From the NCBI GenBank assembly GCA_050331815.1, contig JBHJGM010000004.1, positions 138,494 to 202,493 of the forward strand: a stretch of 64,000 nucleotides of DNA, written 5' to 3'. Position 1 is the first letter of the stretch; each line of letters opens with the position of its first letter. The DNA comes from Opitutales bacterium (GTDB lineage: Bacteria; Verrucomicrobiota; Verrucomicrobiia; Opitutales; JBHJGM01). Shown in pieces: positions 31,098 through 41,633 of the stretch. Under the pieces are notes generated by a model. The model did no database searches and was not told the origin of the DNA. It saw only the letters and a list, made by a program, of their open reading frames with translations. Position numbers and translations under genes: made by a program.

Positions 31098-31966
31098 GTA
31101 CCTCGCTGCAGACCCTGTGGACGATCGGCGCGAACACCTTTCGCGAGGCGGTGCGGCAGCGCTTCTTTGCCTTTTTGATCGTGCTTGCGCTGGGACTGGT
31201 CGGCAGCTCGCTGTTTTTTGCCCGCTTTGATTTCGGCAATCAGCAGATCAAGTTCGTCGCCGACTTTGGCTTCGGCGCGATCCTGCTTTTTGGAACGATC
31301 CTGGCGGTCGTCATGGCCGCGCAACTGCTCTACAGCGAAATCGATAACCGCACTGCGCTGACCATGCTGGCCAAGCCGGTGCGGCGCTGGGAATTCATCG
31401 TGGGCAAATGGCTGGGGTTGCTCCTGTTGCTGGCGGTTTTTTGCGGGGCAATGTTTTTGATCCTCACCCTCATGCTGTATCAGCGCGAAGTTGCGTTGAT
31501 CGAGGCGGCGGAGGCGGCCGTGGGGCGGGCAGCCCTGCTCGAAAGCGACACGCCTTTCGCCGACGGTGGGCTCGTCTCTTACAGTGGGCTGGCCCTGTTC
31601 GCTTTGCTGCAGTGGCTGCGTTTGTGCCTGCTGGCGGCGCTGACCATTTTTATCGGAGCTTTCTCCGGCACAAATCTCTACACGGTGGTCGTCGGCTTTT
31701 TCGCCACGCTGATTTGCCAGTTGCAGTACATCGCCGCCGACGGTGTCGCGCAGACCGAAAACATTTTCCTGAAGGCCTTCACCTTTGTCTTCAGCCGCGT
31801 CTTTCCCAACCTGCAGCTTTTCAACGTGGGCGATGTGCTGGTCTTTCCCTTCACGGCGAGTGAACCACTGGGAGTGGCACCGTCGGAAATCATCGGTGTC
31901 TCGCTGCTGTATACCGCGGTTTTTCTGGGCCTGGCGGTCTATGCCTTCCGCAAGCGCGAGATCTAA
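31094..31966 (+). CDS. ABC-2-type permease
   Basis: TFREAVRQ, EIDNRT..TMLAKPVRRWEFIVGKW; multiple TMs; ATGA overlap with the ATPase. Confidence 0.9.
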   Translation: MSTSLQTLWTIGANTFREAVRQRFFAFLIVLALGLVGSSLFFARFDFGNQQIKFVADFGFGAILLFGTILAVVMAAQLLYSEIDNRTALTMLAKPVRRWEFIVGKWLGLLLLLAVFCGAMFLILTLMLYQREVALIEAAEAAVGRAALLESDTPFADGGLVSYSGLALFALLQWLRLCLLAALTIFIGAFSGTNLYTVVVGFFATLICQLQYIAADGVAQTENIFLKAFTFVFSRVFPNLQLFNVGDVLVFPFTASEPLGVAPSEIIGVSLLYTAVFLGLAVYAFRKREI

Positions 31967-31983
31967 GGACTTTTTTGATCCCC

Positions 31984-32814
31984 ATGTCCTGGCTGGAGCC
32001 CAACGCCCCCCTGATGCGCGGCCTGCGACTGACCGCCGTCTCGCTGGCGGTGCTCTTTCTGACCGGTCTGCTGGCTTACCCTCTGGAGCGCGGTGCCTGG
32101 AAACGTGTCTCGGCCAACCTCAATGAACTACGGGTTGAAGAGGTCGAGAGCGCGCTGGGGCAGGGAGTGATTCTGGGGGTGCTGGGTGGCTTCCGCACGC
32201 TGATGGCCGACCTACTCTTCATCCGGATGTACACCCACTGGGAGAAGAAGGAATGGACCAAGGTCGAGGCGCTCATGCCTGTGCTTACTTCGGTGGACCC
32301 GCGCTCGCTGTATTTTTGGATCAACGCCAACCGCATCGTGGCCTACGACATCCCGGTGATGCGCATTCGCGAGATCAACGCCGGCTTCAAGCGTGCCGGC
32401 AGCGACCGCGTGCTCACACCAGAAGAGGAGCAGGCCATCCACGCCGAACAGGGCCTCAAGGCCATCGACAGTCTTCAGCAGGGGCTGACGTATCATCCGG
32501 ACGAATCGACACTGATGCAGGACATTGCCTCGACTTACCTCAACAAGGTGGGCGACGTGGAAAAAGCCGCCGAATGGTACCTGCGGGCCTGGCAGACGCC
32601 GACCCGCCGCTACTACCAGGCGCGCTTGCATGCCCAACTGGTTTACAACCTGGGGCGGGTTCAGGAGGCGCTGGATTTTCTGATCGCCCACTACCGCGAA
32701 ATCCCCAAGGACGCGCCGTACGCCCGCGCCTCCGTTGTGCTGGAGCGTATCCGCGAGATGGAGGACGAGCTGGGCCTGCCGGAGTCCGAGCGCTTTCAGC
32801 CGGACGCCCCGTAG
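31984..32814 (+). CDS. Membrane-anchored TPR-like protein (PilG/XapA-like) of the ABC operon
   Basis: N-terminal TM; LGGFRTLMADLLFI...LTSVDP..LYFW; TPR-like helices. Confidence 0.6.
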   Translation: MSWLEPNAPLMRGLRLTAVSLAVLFLTGLLAYPLERGAWKRVSANLNELRVEEVESALGQGVILGVLGGFRTLMADLLFIRMYTHWEKKEWTKVEALMPVLTSVDPRSLYFWINANRIVAYDIPVMRIREINAGFKRAGSDRVLTPEEEQAIHAEQGLKAIDSLQQGLTYHPDESTLMQDIASTYLNKVGDVEKAAEWYLRAWQTPTRRYYQARLHAQLVYNLGRVQEALDFLIAHYREIPKDAPYARASVVLERIREMEDELGLPESERFQPDAP

Positions 32815-32921
32815 CGCCCAAGCTTGCGCCTATTCAAATGCCTGGCCGCCATCTGCAGGGCCAGGCTTTCCAGCTTAAAAACACGCTTCTGCGTGATTGT
32901 CGCGGCGTCTTTGGCCAGGCC

Positions 32922-32962
32922 AAAAATAGAAACCCGCGAGTCGTCGAAACAACTCGCGGGTT
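32922..32962 (-). terminator. Terminator between convergent genes
   Basis: AACCCGCGAGT/ACTCGCGGGTT stem; A-rich flank gives a U-tract on the - strand. Confidence 0.75.
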
Positions 32963-33033
32963 CATCCAACACCTGACGAAATCGTCAATCCAATCAATAT
33001 TTCTTCAGCTCTAAAAAGTATACACCGGGCGGG

Positions 33034-33801
33034 TTAGGCCGATTGGGTGAAGCGGCGTCGGGCAAGGCCCAGAGCCAGGGCGATGCCGCCGAAAATCAAA
33101 GCGTAGGTGGACGGCTCCGGCACGACGCCGTAAAGCTCATCGATTTCGGTAATGGCGACTTGGGACTCATCACTGCCAGCCTGGATGCCAAAGTCCTTCG
33201 TGACGAAGAAGGCGGTAATCGGGTCGAAGGTATCGCTGTCGCTAAGTTGCTCTTCGCTGTCACTGGCAAAAACGCTCAGGCTGGTAACGCCGGAGAGGTC
33301 GGTCTCGATGATCAACTCAGAGACGACCGCCTCGTTGTCGAGGCCGCTGGCGTCGAAGCCAGGGGTCGGCGAAAAGGCCAGGGAGGCGGCGTTGACCGCG
33401 CCATCCAGCACCATAACTGAGTAGCGCAGGGTCGAGTTTTCCGCGCCAGGTGCGCCGGCGAGGTCCATGCCGTCAACCAGAATGCGAATACCGGCGAAGT
33501 TGGTGCCGGTGTCTTCAACAGCGAGGACGGAAAAATCGTTGATGTCGGGGGCGGTGGCCGCGGGCGATCCTTGAACGGTAAAGTCTTTCAGTTGCAGGGT
33601 GATGCCGCCGACGGTGATATTCAGGACGCCTTCGCCAGCTTCGAGGTCGGCAACTTCGATTTCGGTGCCTGCAGTAATCACGCCGGCGGAAGGACCGCCG
33701 ATGACTTCGCTGGCGATCGTACTGATCTGGGCCGTGGCTGCGCTGGCGAGCATCAGGAAGGCCGTGGCGCCCGCCAGGATGGGGCCAAAATGGGTGCTCA
33801 T
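33034..33801 (-). CDS. PEP-CTERM sorting domain protein (acidic)
   Basis: Signal peptide; VPEPSTYALIFGGIALALGLARRR. Confidence 0.93.
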   Translation of the reverse strand: MSTHFGPILAGATAFLMLASAATAQISTIASEVIGGPSAGVITAGTEIEVADLEAGEGVLNITVGGITLQLKDFTVQGSPAATAPDINDFSVLAVEDTGTNFAGIRILVDGMDLAGAPGAENSTLRYSVMVLDGAVNAASLAFSPTPGFDASGLDNEAVVSELIIETDLSGVTSLSVFASDSEEQLSDSDTFDPITAFFVTKDFGIQAGSDESQVAITEIDELYGVVPEPSTYALIFGGIALALGLARRRFTQSA

Positions 33802-33879
33802 TGGGTGATTGGGATGTGGGATGATTTAGGGTGTCGGGTGGTTGGGATAGGAAAGGATATGTTTGCCAAACACGCTAGG

Positions 33880-34659
33880 CTAAGCGCGTCGGCGGCTCAG
33901 GCGGCGTTTCAGCAGGCCCAGCACAAGGACAAAGCTGCCGAAAAGTGCGGCGGCCTGGGCAGGCTCAGGGATTTCGCTCTGAAACTGGTAGGCCTGGATG
34001 AAGGCGCTCAGGTGAGCGGTGCCCGTGGGGTCGCCTTCTTCAAATATAAAAGATGTAGAGGCAGAAGCACTGTCCGAAACACGGATCGTCTGTTGCGGGA
34101 AGAAGGTGGCCGAATCCAGCAGGTCATCGACGTTCGCGTCGGGTGCATGCTGTTCGGATCGAAGCGCGGCAACTGGCGTACTATCAACAATAGTGCCGTC
34201 TTCGAAAACAAGGTCACCCTCGATAAGCTTGTCGAGTCTGGTTCCTCCAAGACCGTTTACGGAAGTACCGTCGAGAAACTGGGTGGCACCGGAGACAAAG
34301 CCCTCTTCGACAGAAACTGTGTAGGCAAATGAGCTGCTAGCCACAACATCTAAAAAGCTGCTGGCAATCAGATCGTTGAGCACGAAGCTGAGCCCCAGTT
34401 GTCCGGTCGGTACAAAAGTCCCCACCACAACTGAGACCTCATCGAAAGCCGACGAAGCAAGTCCAAAATCCGAGAAGTTGTCAAAGGTCACCGACAGGCC
34501 CGAGTCGGGGTCGGTAACAGTGATCGAAAGGGTAGAGCTGAGCTGCTGGACGGTCTGTCCGGGCAGGGGCTGAAAGATGCTGGCCTGAGCTGAGGTGGCG
34601 ACAAGGCTCAGACCTGAGAATGTGAGGGCGGCAAGCCCGCGACGAAGCGTAGCGGTCAT
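33880..34659 (-). CDS. PEP-CTERM sorting domain protein
   Basis: Signal peptide ending AQA; IPEPAQAAALFGSFVLVLGLLKRR. Confidence 0.9.
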   Translation of the reverse strand: MTATLRRGLAALTFSGLSLVATSAQASIFQPLPGQTVQQLSSTLSITVTDPDSGLSVTFDNFSDFGLASSAFDEVSVVVGTFVPTGQLGLSFVLNDLIASSFLDVVASSSFAYTVSVEEGFVSGATQFLDGTSVNGLGGTRLDKLIEGDLVFEDGTIVDSTPVAALRSEQHAPDANVDDLLDSATFFPQQTIRVSDSASASTSFIFEEGDPTGTAHLSAFIQAYQFQSEIPEPAQAAALFGSFVLVLGLLKRRLSRRRA

Positions 34660-34938
34660 GAAGACGGTCTGCTGGAGGGTGCGTAGGGTGGTGTGCCTTA
34701 CGAGACCGTTGCCCACGAAAACCGAGCAGCGCAAAGCCGCCAGGATGCGTAAACAGGGTGTGTAAGGGTGACTGTACTGAGGATAACTAAAGAACAGCGC
34801 CTGAAGGTCACTTGGGGTGAACGCTCAGACTGGGATGATTTGATGATGTTGAGCTTATGACTATTTTGAGTCAAGCCCGCAAAGCCCTTCAGTACGGGAT
34901 TTTATGTTACATTTGTGGGTCAAACCCGGATCGCACCA

Positions 34939-36858
34939 CTATGGTTTCTCTTCAGGGGGGCTCAGGGAACGCTCCAAATCTTCTAACTCGTTGCTGACCA
35001 GGCGGTACTCGTTCAGGAGCGCATCCGCGAGCTCCTGCAGCGCCACAGCCTCGGCAGTCTCGGCCTCTGATTCCAGACGTGTACACAGATCGTGCAGCCG
35101 GCTGGCCCCCAGCAGCAGCGAATTGGACTTCAGTGAGTGGGCCAGGCGCGCGACAGTCTTACGTTCATCGCGTTCGAGCGCGCGCTGCAGCGAGCCCAAC
35201 AGATTGGGGCTCATCTCCAGAAACAGACTGATAGCTTGCGTTATAAACGCTTCCTGATCATCGCCTTCCATCACTCGCTCCAATTCACGCAATGAGATGT
35301 GCTGGTAGGCACGCTTCGTCGGTTTTGGACGCCGTGCAGGCGTTTTCGGCACGGGTTCGGGCAGGTCCGGCGCGGTCTGAGAAGGCTCTGGCGCGCGCCC
35401 GATGGCGTCGGCAATGGTTTGATGGAGGACGCGCAGGTCGATCGGTTTTGTCACATAAGCCACAAAACCCAAACGCTGACTTTCCTGTCGGTCGTGCGGG
35501 CTGGTCCCCGCCGAAAGGGCGATCAGAACCGGCTTCTGGCGCTGAAAGGCGGGCAACTCCCGCAGGCGCTCGACGAGGGCGAAACCGTCGAGATCTGGGA
35601 GCACCTTGTCGATCAATCCGACGTCGAAGCGGGTTTGCTCCAAAGCCGAGACCGCTTCGCGGGCACTGCTGGCCACCGTCACAGTGTAACCCAGCTTTTC
35701 CAGTTGTCGGGAGGTCAGGCGCTGATTGAGCGGATTGTCCTCTACCAGCAGCACGTTGACTGGTGCCGTGGTGGGTTCAGCATGTGCCGCCGGCGGTCCC
35801 TCGAGCACTTCGACCGGCAGCCGCAGCTCAAACCGGCTGCCCTTGCCCACGGCGCTCTCGACCGAGAGCTGCGCCCCGAGAGCATCGGCCCACTTTTGTG
35901 CAATGGACAGCCCCAAGCCCGAGCCCACGGCGGTGAGATTGCCCTCACCCTGCTCAAACGGCTCGAAGATGGCAGCGAGTTCCTTGGCGGGGATGCCCGG
36001 GCCGGTGTCACTGACGTCAACCCGCAGAATTGAGCGGCCGGCATCTTCGTCCTGAAACCGCGCGTTGAGGCTGACGCGTCCACGCCCGGTGAATTTGATG
36101 CCGTTGGCCAGCAGGTTGACCAGAATCTGCCGGGTGCGCATGGCGTCTGTGCGCACCCGCGTGGGCACATCCAGACCAACGCTCAGGACCAGATCGAGCT
36201 CCTTGGCCTCGGCTAGCGGGCGCACCATCTCGATGGTCTGCTCCAACAGCGGGCGCACCTCCACCGCGTTCGCATCCAGCGGCGCATGCCCGCTCTCGAA
36301 GCGGGACAGGTCCAGCACATCGTTGACGAGGTCGAGCAGAAAGCGGCTCTGCTGCTCCAGGCTCTGGACCAGGCGGTCGGCTTCCTCGCGCTCGGGCGCC
36401 TCGGCGATCAACTGCGCCAGCCCCAGAATGGCGTTGAGCGGGGTACGCAGTTCGTGGGTGGCCTGGGCCAGAAAACGGCTTTGTTCGGCGAGTTTACGCC
36501 GCAGCGAATCGATTTCGGCGCGCAGCTGGGCGAGTTCCTTGCCGTTGGTGGGGGCAAGCTCCGGAGCGGCGGGTGCGTGCGCTACCGAAGGTTCAGCTGG
36601 TATTGCGCTTGGTGTTGCCGGTGCTGGAGGCGTCGCCGTTGGGGAGGTGGTGGGCCTTGACCGGGCCTGAGCCATGCGCAACTGGTCGTTCTCGTCCTGA
36701 AGCGCTTGCTGGGAAACGATGAGCGAATCGATCAGATCGAGTTGCGCGCGCAGCTGCCCGGAGAGCGTCAAAGCCAGCTCCAGGGACGAAGGCCGGGCAG
36801 ATGTCGCAGCCGAGGATCGGCCTGCGTGCGCCGGCTGCAGCCGCTTGCGTCGTTTCAC
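34939..36858 (-). CDS. Soluble hybrid histidine kinase (HisKA-HATPase-REC-Hpt)
   Basis: HELRTPLNAI, QILVNLLANGIKFT, DTGPGI, GSGLGL, VEDN...IDKVLP...KP, AHSLKS; start uncertain (GTG 36858, or up to 36957). Confidence 0.92.
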   Translation of the reverse strand: MKRRKRLQPAHAGRSSAATSARPSSLELALTLSGQLRAQLDLIDSLIVSQQALQDENDQLRMAQARSRPTTSPTATPPAPATPSAIPAEPSVAHAPAAPELAPTNGKELAQLRAEIDSLRRKLAEQSRFLAQATHELRTPLNAILGLAQLIAEAPEREEADRLVQSLEQQSRFLLDLVNDVLDLSRFESGHAPLDANAVEVRPLLEQTIEMVRPLAEAKELDLVLSVGLDVPTRVRTDAMRTRQILVNLLANGIKFTGRGRVSLNARFQDEDAGRSILRVDVSDTGPGIPAKELAAIFEPFEQGEGNLTAVGSGLGLSIAQKWADALGAQLSVESAVGKGSRFELRLPVEVLEGPPAAHAEPTTAPVNVLLVEDNPLNQRLTSRQLEKLGYTVTVASSAREAVSALEQTRFDVGLIDKVLPDLDGFALVERLRELPAFQRQKPVLIALSAGTSPHDRQESQRLGFVAYVTKPIDLRVLHQTIADAIGRAPEPSQTAPDLPEPVPKTPARRPKPTKRAYQHISLRELERVMEGDDQEAFITQAISLFLEMSPNLLGSLQRALERDERKTVARLAHSLKSNSLLLGASRLHDLCTRLESEAETAEAVALQELADALLNEYRLVSNELEDLERSLSPPEEKP

Positions 36859-37144
36859 AGCAGGGTAGACCGCGGGTAGGGCGGCCCGAGAACAGATCAG
36901 GAGAGAGGTGAATATATGGAAACGCCGGTGGGTGCGACGGTTCCCGGGGAAGAACAAATTACGTCTATAATTAGTGACAACATCAAGGCTTTTTCAAACG
37001 CGCCTACAGGAAAAATCATAATATACCGAATTAGTTGTATGTGAACGACACACGCTGTGAAGGATAGTGCCGATCACGAGCTTTTTCGCTTTACGGCGCT
37101 TGAGAAAACGGGCATTTTTCTCGGTTTCCACTTATCGCAGTCAG

Positions 37145-37336
37145 ATGCAAAAGACCAAAAAATCCATCGCCAAGCGCTTCAAGATCACCGGCTCGGGCAA
37201 GTTGATGCGCCGCACGCCGGGCCGTCGGCACCTGCTGCGTAACAAAACCTCGCGCCAGCTGCGCACCTCCCGCCCCGACAAGAGCGTAGGCCACGGCCAG
37301 ACCAAGCAGGCCATGCGCGGCTTGCCGCACGCCTAG
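37145..37336 (+). CDS. rpmI: 50S ribosomal protein L35
   Basis: [19 protein letters not shown]...RHLL. Confidence 0.96.
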   Translation: MQKTKKSIAKRFKITGSGKLMRRTPGRRHLLRNKTSRQLRTSRPDKSVGHGQTKQAMRGLPHA

Positions 37337-37437
37337 TCTGTCGCGCGTGCGCGTGAGACACCCTTTATCTGCTAACCTGCTGAGTCCGGGCGAAATCGAT
37401 CGCAGGCGGCCCGCTCAGCCAACGCCACTGAATCAAC

Positions 37438-37818
37438 ATGCCTCGAGTTAAAAACGCAGTCTACACCAAGGCCCGCCGCAAGCGCACGCTGCAGCGCGCC
37501 AAGGGTTATTTTGGCAACAAGTCGCGCCTGTACCGCTACGCGAAGGACGCGGTCTCGCGCTCGGGTCAATTTGCCTACCGTGACCGGCGCAAGAAAAAGT
37601 CGGAGTTTCGTCAGCTTTGGATCGTCCGGATCAACGCCGCTTGCCGCGCCCACGGAATGGCCTACAGCCGCTTCATGGATGGGCTGAATAAGGCCGGCAT
37701 CGAACTCGACCGCAAGGCCCTTAGCGAGTTAGCCATCCACGACGAAACGGCCTTTGCCGGTCTGGTTGAGAAGGCGCGCGAGGCGCTGAAGTCGGCCCCG
37801 GCAGAAGCTACCGCCTAG
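37438..37818 (+). CDS. rplT: 50S ribosomal protein L20
   Basis: MPRVK...AKGYFG...[21 protein letters not shown]. Confidence 0.98.
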   Translation: MPRVKNAVYTKARRKRTLQRAKGYFGNKSRLYRYAKDAVSRSGQFAYRDRRKKKSEFRQLWIVRINAACRAHGMAYSRFMDGLNKAGIELDRKALSELAIHDETAFAGLVEKAREALKSAPAEATA

Positions 37819-38018
37819 CACTTCTTTAGGATAACGCGCGGTTCTGGGCGCGATGAGCAACCTTGGGCAAGGCCCAGCAACGGGCTGGCTAAGTCCCGGC
37901 GGTTTGCCTGTTAAATTTATTGAGCCCGAGCGGGAACGGCCTTGCCGCTTGCGGGTAGCTTCGTTTTGCTGGCGCGTTTTTAGCGGACCCGTCGGCGGGT
38001 CCCAACCCGTACAGGCTG

Positions 38019-39077
38019 ATGCAGGAGACTCTGGAAGCGATCGTTGTGGAAGCGCGCGAAGGCGCGGGCGCATTGCAAACGCGTCCTGATTTCGAGACGT
38101 TCAAGGCGCGCTTCGTCGGGCCCAAGGGACAATTGACACAAGTCTCCAAGGGCATGGGCAAGGTGCCGAAGGAGGAGCGCCCTATCCTTGGCAAAAAGAT
38201 CAATGAGACCAAACAGGCGCTTGAAGCCATCCTCTCCGAAACGCTGCAGCGGATCGAAACCGCCGAGCAGGCGGCCAAGCTGGGCCCGCCGGTGGACCCG
38301 ACCCTGCCTTGTCCGGAGCCGGCGGCGGGCTTGCGTCATCCGCTTAGCCTGATGCGGCAGCGCTTCGTGCAAGCCTTTCGCAAGGTGGGTTACACGGTGG
38401 CCGAAGGCCCCGCGATCGACACTGACTGGTTTTGCTTCGACGCGCTGAACACCCCCGAGGACCACCCGGCGCGCGACGCGCAGGACACGCTTTACCTGCC
38501 GCCGGCCCTGAAGATGGGCAACGTGCCCAAGCGCGCGGACGAACCTTATCTGTTACGCACGCACACCTCCACCGTCCAGATCCGAACCATGCTGGCGGAG
38601 CCGCCGCCGCTGCGCATTATCTCACCGGGCGCGGCCTTTCGGCGGGACACGGTCGACGCCACTCACTCGGCGAATTTTCATCAGGTAGAAGGGCTTTGTG
38701 TCGACCGCGATGTGTCGGTTGTCGATCTGCGGGCAATCCTCGATTTTATGGTGCACGAACTGATCGGCCCGGAAGTCGAAACGCGGCTGCGCCCGAGCTT
38801 TTTCCCGTTCACCGAGCCCAGCTTCGAACTGGATATCCGCTCGCCGAACTTGGGTAAGCTCTCCAACCGCTGGATCGAGATGGGCGGTTGCGGGCTGGTC
38901 GATCCGAACGTTTTTGAAGCGGTGGGCTATGATCCGGAGGCGTGGCGCGGCTTCGCCTTTGGGATGGGTCTGGAGCGCCTGACCATGCTGCTCTACGCCA
39001 TCGACGACATCCGCTACTTCTACGCCAATGATCTGCGCTTTTTGCGGCAGTTTGGGGGAGGGGGAGTGAGGAGTTAG
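38019..39077 (+). CDS. pheS: Phenylalanine-tRNA ligase alpha subunit
   Basis: FDALNTPEDHPAR, LLRTHTS, FHQVEG, RPSFFPFTEPS, GFAFGMGLER. Confidence 0.98.
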   Translation: MQETLEAIVVEAREGAGALQTRPDFETFKARFVGPKGQLTQVSKGMGKVPKEERPILGKKINETKQALEAILSETLQRIETAEQAAKLGPPVDPTLPCPEPAAGLRHPLSLMRQRFVQAFRKVGYTVAEGPAIDTDWFCFDALNTPEDHPARDAQDTLYLPPALKMGNVPKRADEPYLLRTHTSTVQIRTMLAEPPPLRIISPGAAFRRDTVDATHSANFHQVEGLCVDRDVSVVDLRAILDFMVHELIGPEVETRLRPSFFPFTEPSFELDIRSPNLGKLSNRWIEMGGCGLVDPNVFEAVGYDPEAWRGFAFGMGLERLTMLLYAIDDIRYFYANDLRFLRQFGGGGVRS

Positions 39078-39144
39078 CTCTAGTTGTTTTGATGCGCAAT
39101 GATTTTCGAAGATAGAATTCTGGCTTCTGTTCCCAAAAAAAACT

Positions 39145-41592
39145 ATGAAACTTTCGCTCAACTGGCTCAAACGCTACCTGCCTGACCTGGAGGCTACGCC
39201 CGAGGAACTCGAGCGTGTGTTGCCGATGATCGGGCTTGAGGTCGATGCGGTGGAGCACTTCGGTTTGCCGCCCATCGAAAATCTCGTGGTGGGTGAGGTG
39301 CTCTCACGCGAGCAGCATCCCAATGCCGATCGGCTGGGTGTGTGCCAGGTGGATGCGGGCGAGGGCGCGCCTCGGCAAATCGTCTGCGGCGCCACGAATT
39401 ACAAGGTGGGCGACCGCGTACCGGTGGCCCTGCCGGGTGCGGTGCTGCCCGGCGATTTCAAGATTAAGAAGAGCAAGCTGCGCGGGGTGGAATCTGCGGG
39501 TATGCTGTGCAGCGCCAAGGAACTGGGCCTGGGGGACGATCACGCCGGGTTGCTGATCCTGGACGCGCACCCCGCGGTGGGCACGCCGCTGAACGATATT
39601 TTTAAAGAGACCGACGTCGTCTTTGATGCCGAGGTGACGGCGAATCGCGGCGATTACCTGAGCCATCGTGGGGTCGCCCGCGAGTTGGCCGCCTGGTACG
39701 CGCTGGATTTTGTCGAGACGTCGACTGCGGTAACCGCCGCGCGTAGCGCGCAGCCGACTGGCGAATCGCTGCTCAGAGACCTGCGCCTGGAAACGCCCGC
39801 CTGTCCCTATTACCTGGCCTGGTGTGTTCAGGGCGTGAAGATTGGCCCCAGCCCGAAGTGGCTCCAGCAGGACTTGCAGCGCGTGGGTCTGCGCCCAATC
39901 AGCAACGTGGTCGACATCACCAACTGGATTTTGATGGACCTCGGCCAGCCGCTGCACGCCTTCGATGCGAAGAAAATCGGCGGCGAGACGATTGTCGTAC
40001 GTCAGGCCAGGGAGGGCGAAACCATCACCACGCTCGACGAAAAAAAGCGCACGCTTTCGCCCGAGATGATGGTGATTGCCGATGCCGAAAAGCCGCTCGT
40101 GATCGCCGGCGTGATGGGCAGCCTCGATGCCGAAGTGGACGCGGGCACCACCGATATCGTGCTGGAGGTTGCCTGGTTTGACCCGGGATCCGTTCGGGCG
40201 ACTTCGCGACGGCTGGCGCTCTCGTCGGACAGTTCGCAGCGCTTCAGTCGCAACGTCGACCCGCAGTTTGCGGCGGTGGCGGCGCGCCGGGCCATCGACC
40301 TGATTCTCGAAGTCGCGGGCGGCACGCTGGCCGGGCCGGAGATCGCCGTGGGCACACCTCCGCGCGGCGAAACCATCGTCGAGGTCTCGGGCGATTACAT
40401 TCGCAGCGTATCCGGTTTTCCAATACCGGACGCGGAGATCGAAGGCATTTTTCAACGCCTGCACTTTGGCTTGGAGCCGCGCGGTTCGGGCCAGTGGCAA
40501 GTTACCGTGCCCAGCGCCAAGTGGGAGGTGACACGTCCCGTCGACCTGGCCGAGGAAGTCATCCGTCTGCACGGGGCTGACAGGATTCCGCAGCGCCTGG
40601 TCCATAGCGTGGGCCTGCCGCGCGAGGACGCGCCGTTGGCCCGGTTTAACGAAGCGGTGTCCGACTACCTGGTTGGGCAGGATTTCGTAGAGTGCGTGCA
40701 CTATACGCTGCGGCCCGGCGATGAAAGCGAGCGCTGGTTTGGTGAAGCACAGGCACCTTTTCTGCGTCTGGACAGCCCGTTGACCAGTGAGCAAAGCCAT
40801 CTGCGTTCAAGCCTGCTGCCGGGGCTGCTCGATGCCCTCGCGCTGAACTTGAACAACGGTAACGACGTGCGGCGGCTCTTCGAATGCGGGCGGGTGTACC
40901 GCGCGCACGCCGGGGAGGTGTTCGAGCTGGCTTCGGCTGGATTTGTTTTGTTGCAGGTGCCCTCCGTGCGGGGTTGGCAGCCGGTGCCCCCGGCGGATTT
41001 CTATACGGCCAAAGCCCACGCCGCGCAGCTCTTCGCCCTTGGTGGTGTCGCCCTGGACGATTCGCAAATCGAGCGCATCGACGACTGGCCGCAGGTGCAA
41101 AGCGGGCACGGGGCGCGTGTGTACGCGTGGCCTCAGGAGGGCTTCGGCGGCTGGTTCGGGCGGGTGAGTTTCGACATGCTCAAGGCCTGGGACATCGACC
41201 AGCCAGTGCTTTTTGGGGAAGTGTCCTTCTTGCCGGAGAAACTGGGCGCCCTGCTGGACGCCCCGCTGGTGCCGTTTCGCGGCTTTAGCAGCTTTCCGCC
41301 CTCGACCCGTGACGTGGCCCTGGTGGTCGACGCCGCGCTGCCTGCTGATTCGGTGCGGCGCACGGTGGTCACGGCGGCCCAGGCGGCCTGCGGCGACGCG
41401 TTTGCACTGGAACAGGTCAGTGTCTTCGACGTGTTTTCGGGTCTGGGTTTGCCTGATGGCAAGAAGAGTCTCGCCTTTGGCATTACCTTTCGATCCGATG
41501 AGCGCACGCTCAAGGACGACGAAATCGCCGCCGCCTTCGACCAGACGCTGCAGCGCCTGCAGCAGGAACCGGGCTTTGCGATCCGCCGCTGA
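39145..41592 (+). CDS. pheT: Phenylalanine-tRNA ligase beta subunit
   Basis: SLNWL, HPNADRL, IVCGA, RGVESAGMLCS, DLAEEV, C-terminal anticodon-binding RDVA...KSLAF. Confidence 0.97.
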   Translation: MKLSLNWLKRYLPDLEATPEELERVLPMIGLEVDAVEHFGLPPIENLVVGEVLSREQHPNADRLGVCQVDAGEGAPRQIVCGATNYKVGDRVPVALPGAVLPGDFKIKKSKLRGVESAGMLCSAKELGLGDDHAGLLILDAHPAVGTPLNDIFKETDVVFDAEVTANRGDYLSHRGVARELAAWYALDFVETSTAVTAARSAQPTGESLLRDLRLETPACPYYLAWCVQGVKIGPSPKWLQQDLQRVGLRPISNVVDITNWILMDLGQPLHAFDAKKIGGETIVVRQAREGETITTLDEKKRTLSPEMMVIADAEKPLVIAGVMGSLDAEVDAGTTDIVLEVAWFDPGSVRATSRRLALSSDSSQRFSRNVDPQFAAVAARRAIDLILEVAGGTLAGPEIAVGTPPRGETIVEVSGDYIRSVSGFPIPDAEIEGIFQRLHFGLEPRGSGQWQVTVPSAKWEVTRPVDLAEEVIRLHGADRIPQRLVHSVGLPREDAPLARFNEAVSDYLVGQDFVECVHYTLRPGDESERWFGEAQAPFLRLDSPLTSEQSHLRSSLLPGLLDALALNLNNGNDVRRLFECGRVYRAHAGEVFELASAGFVLLQVPSVRGWQPVPPADFYTAKAHAAQLFALGGVALDDSQIERIDDWPQVQSGHGARVYAWPQEGFGGWFGRVSFDMLKAWDIDQPVLFGEVSFLPEKLGALLDAPLVPFRGFSSFPPSTRDVALVVDAALPADSVRRTVVTAAQAACGDAFALEQVSVFDVFSGLGLPDGKKSLAFGITFRSDERTLKDDEIAAAFDQTLQRLQQEPGFAIRR

Positions 41593-41633
41593 GGCAAAAT
41601 TGGCGAAGCGCTCACGCACGACAGAATCCAAAT

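Noticed and set aside
34700-34780. GCGCAAAGCC reminiscent of a c-di-GMP-I riboswitch
   Set aside because: It is on the wrong strand for the adjacent gene and lacks a convincing GGCAAA/GAAA-loop P2 stem.
39051-39144. G-rich end of pheS and an A8 run before pheT as phase-variation or G-quadruplex signals
   Set aside because: The runs are short, flank essential genes and leave both reading frames intact.
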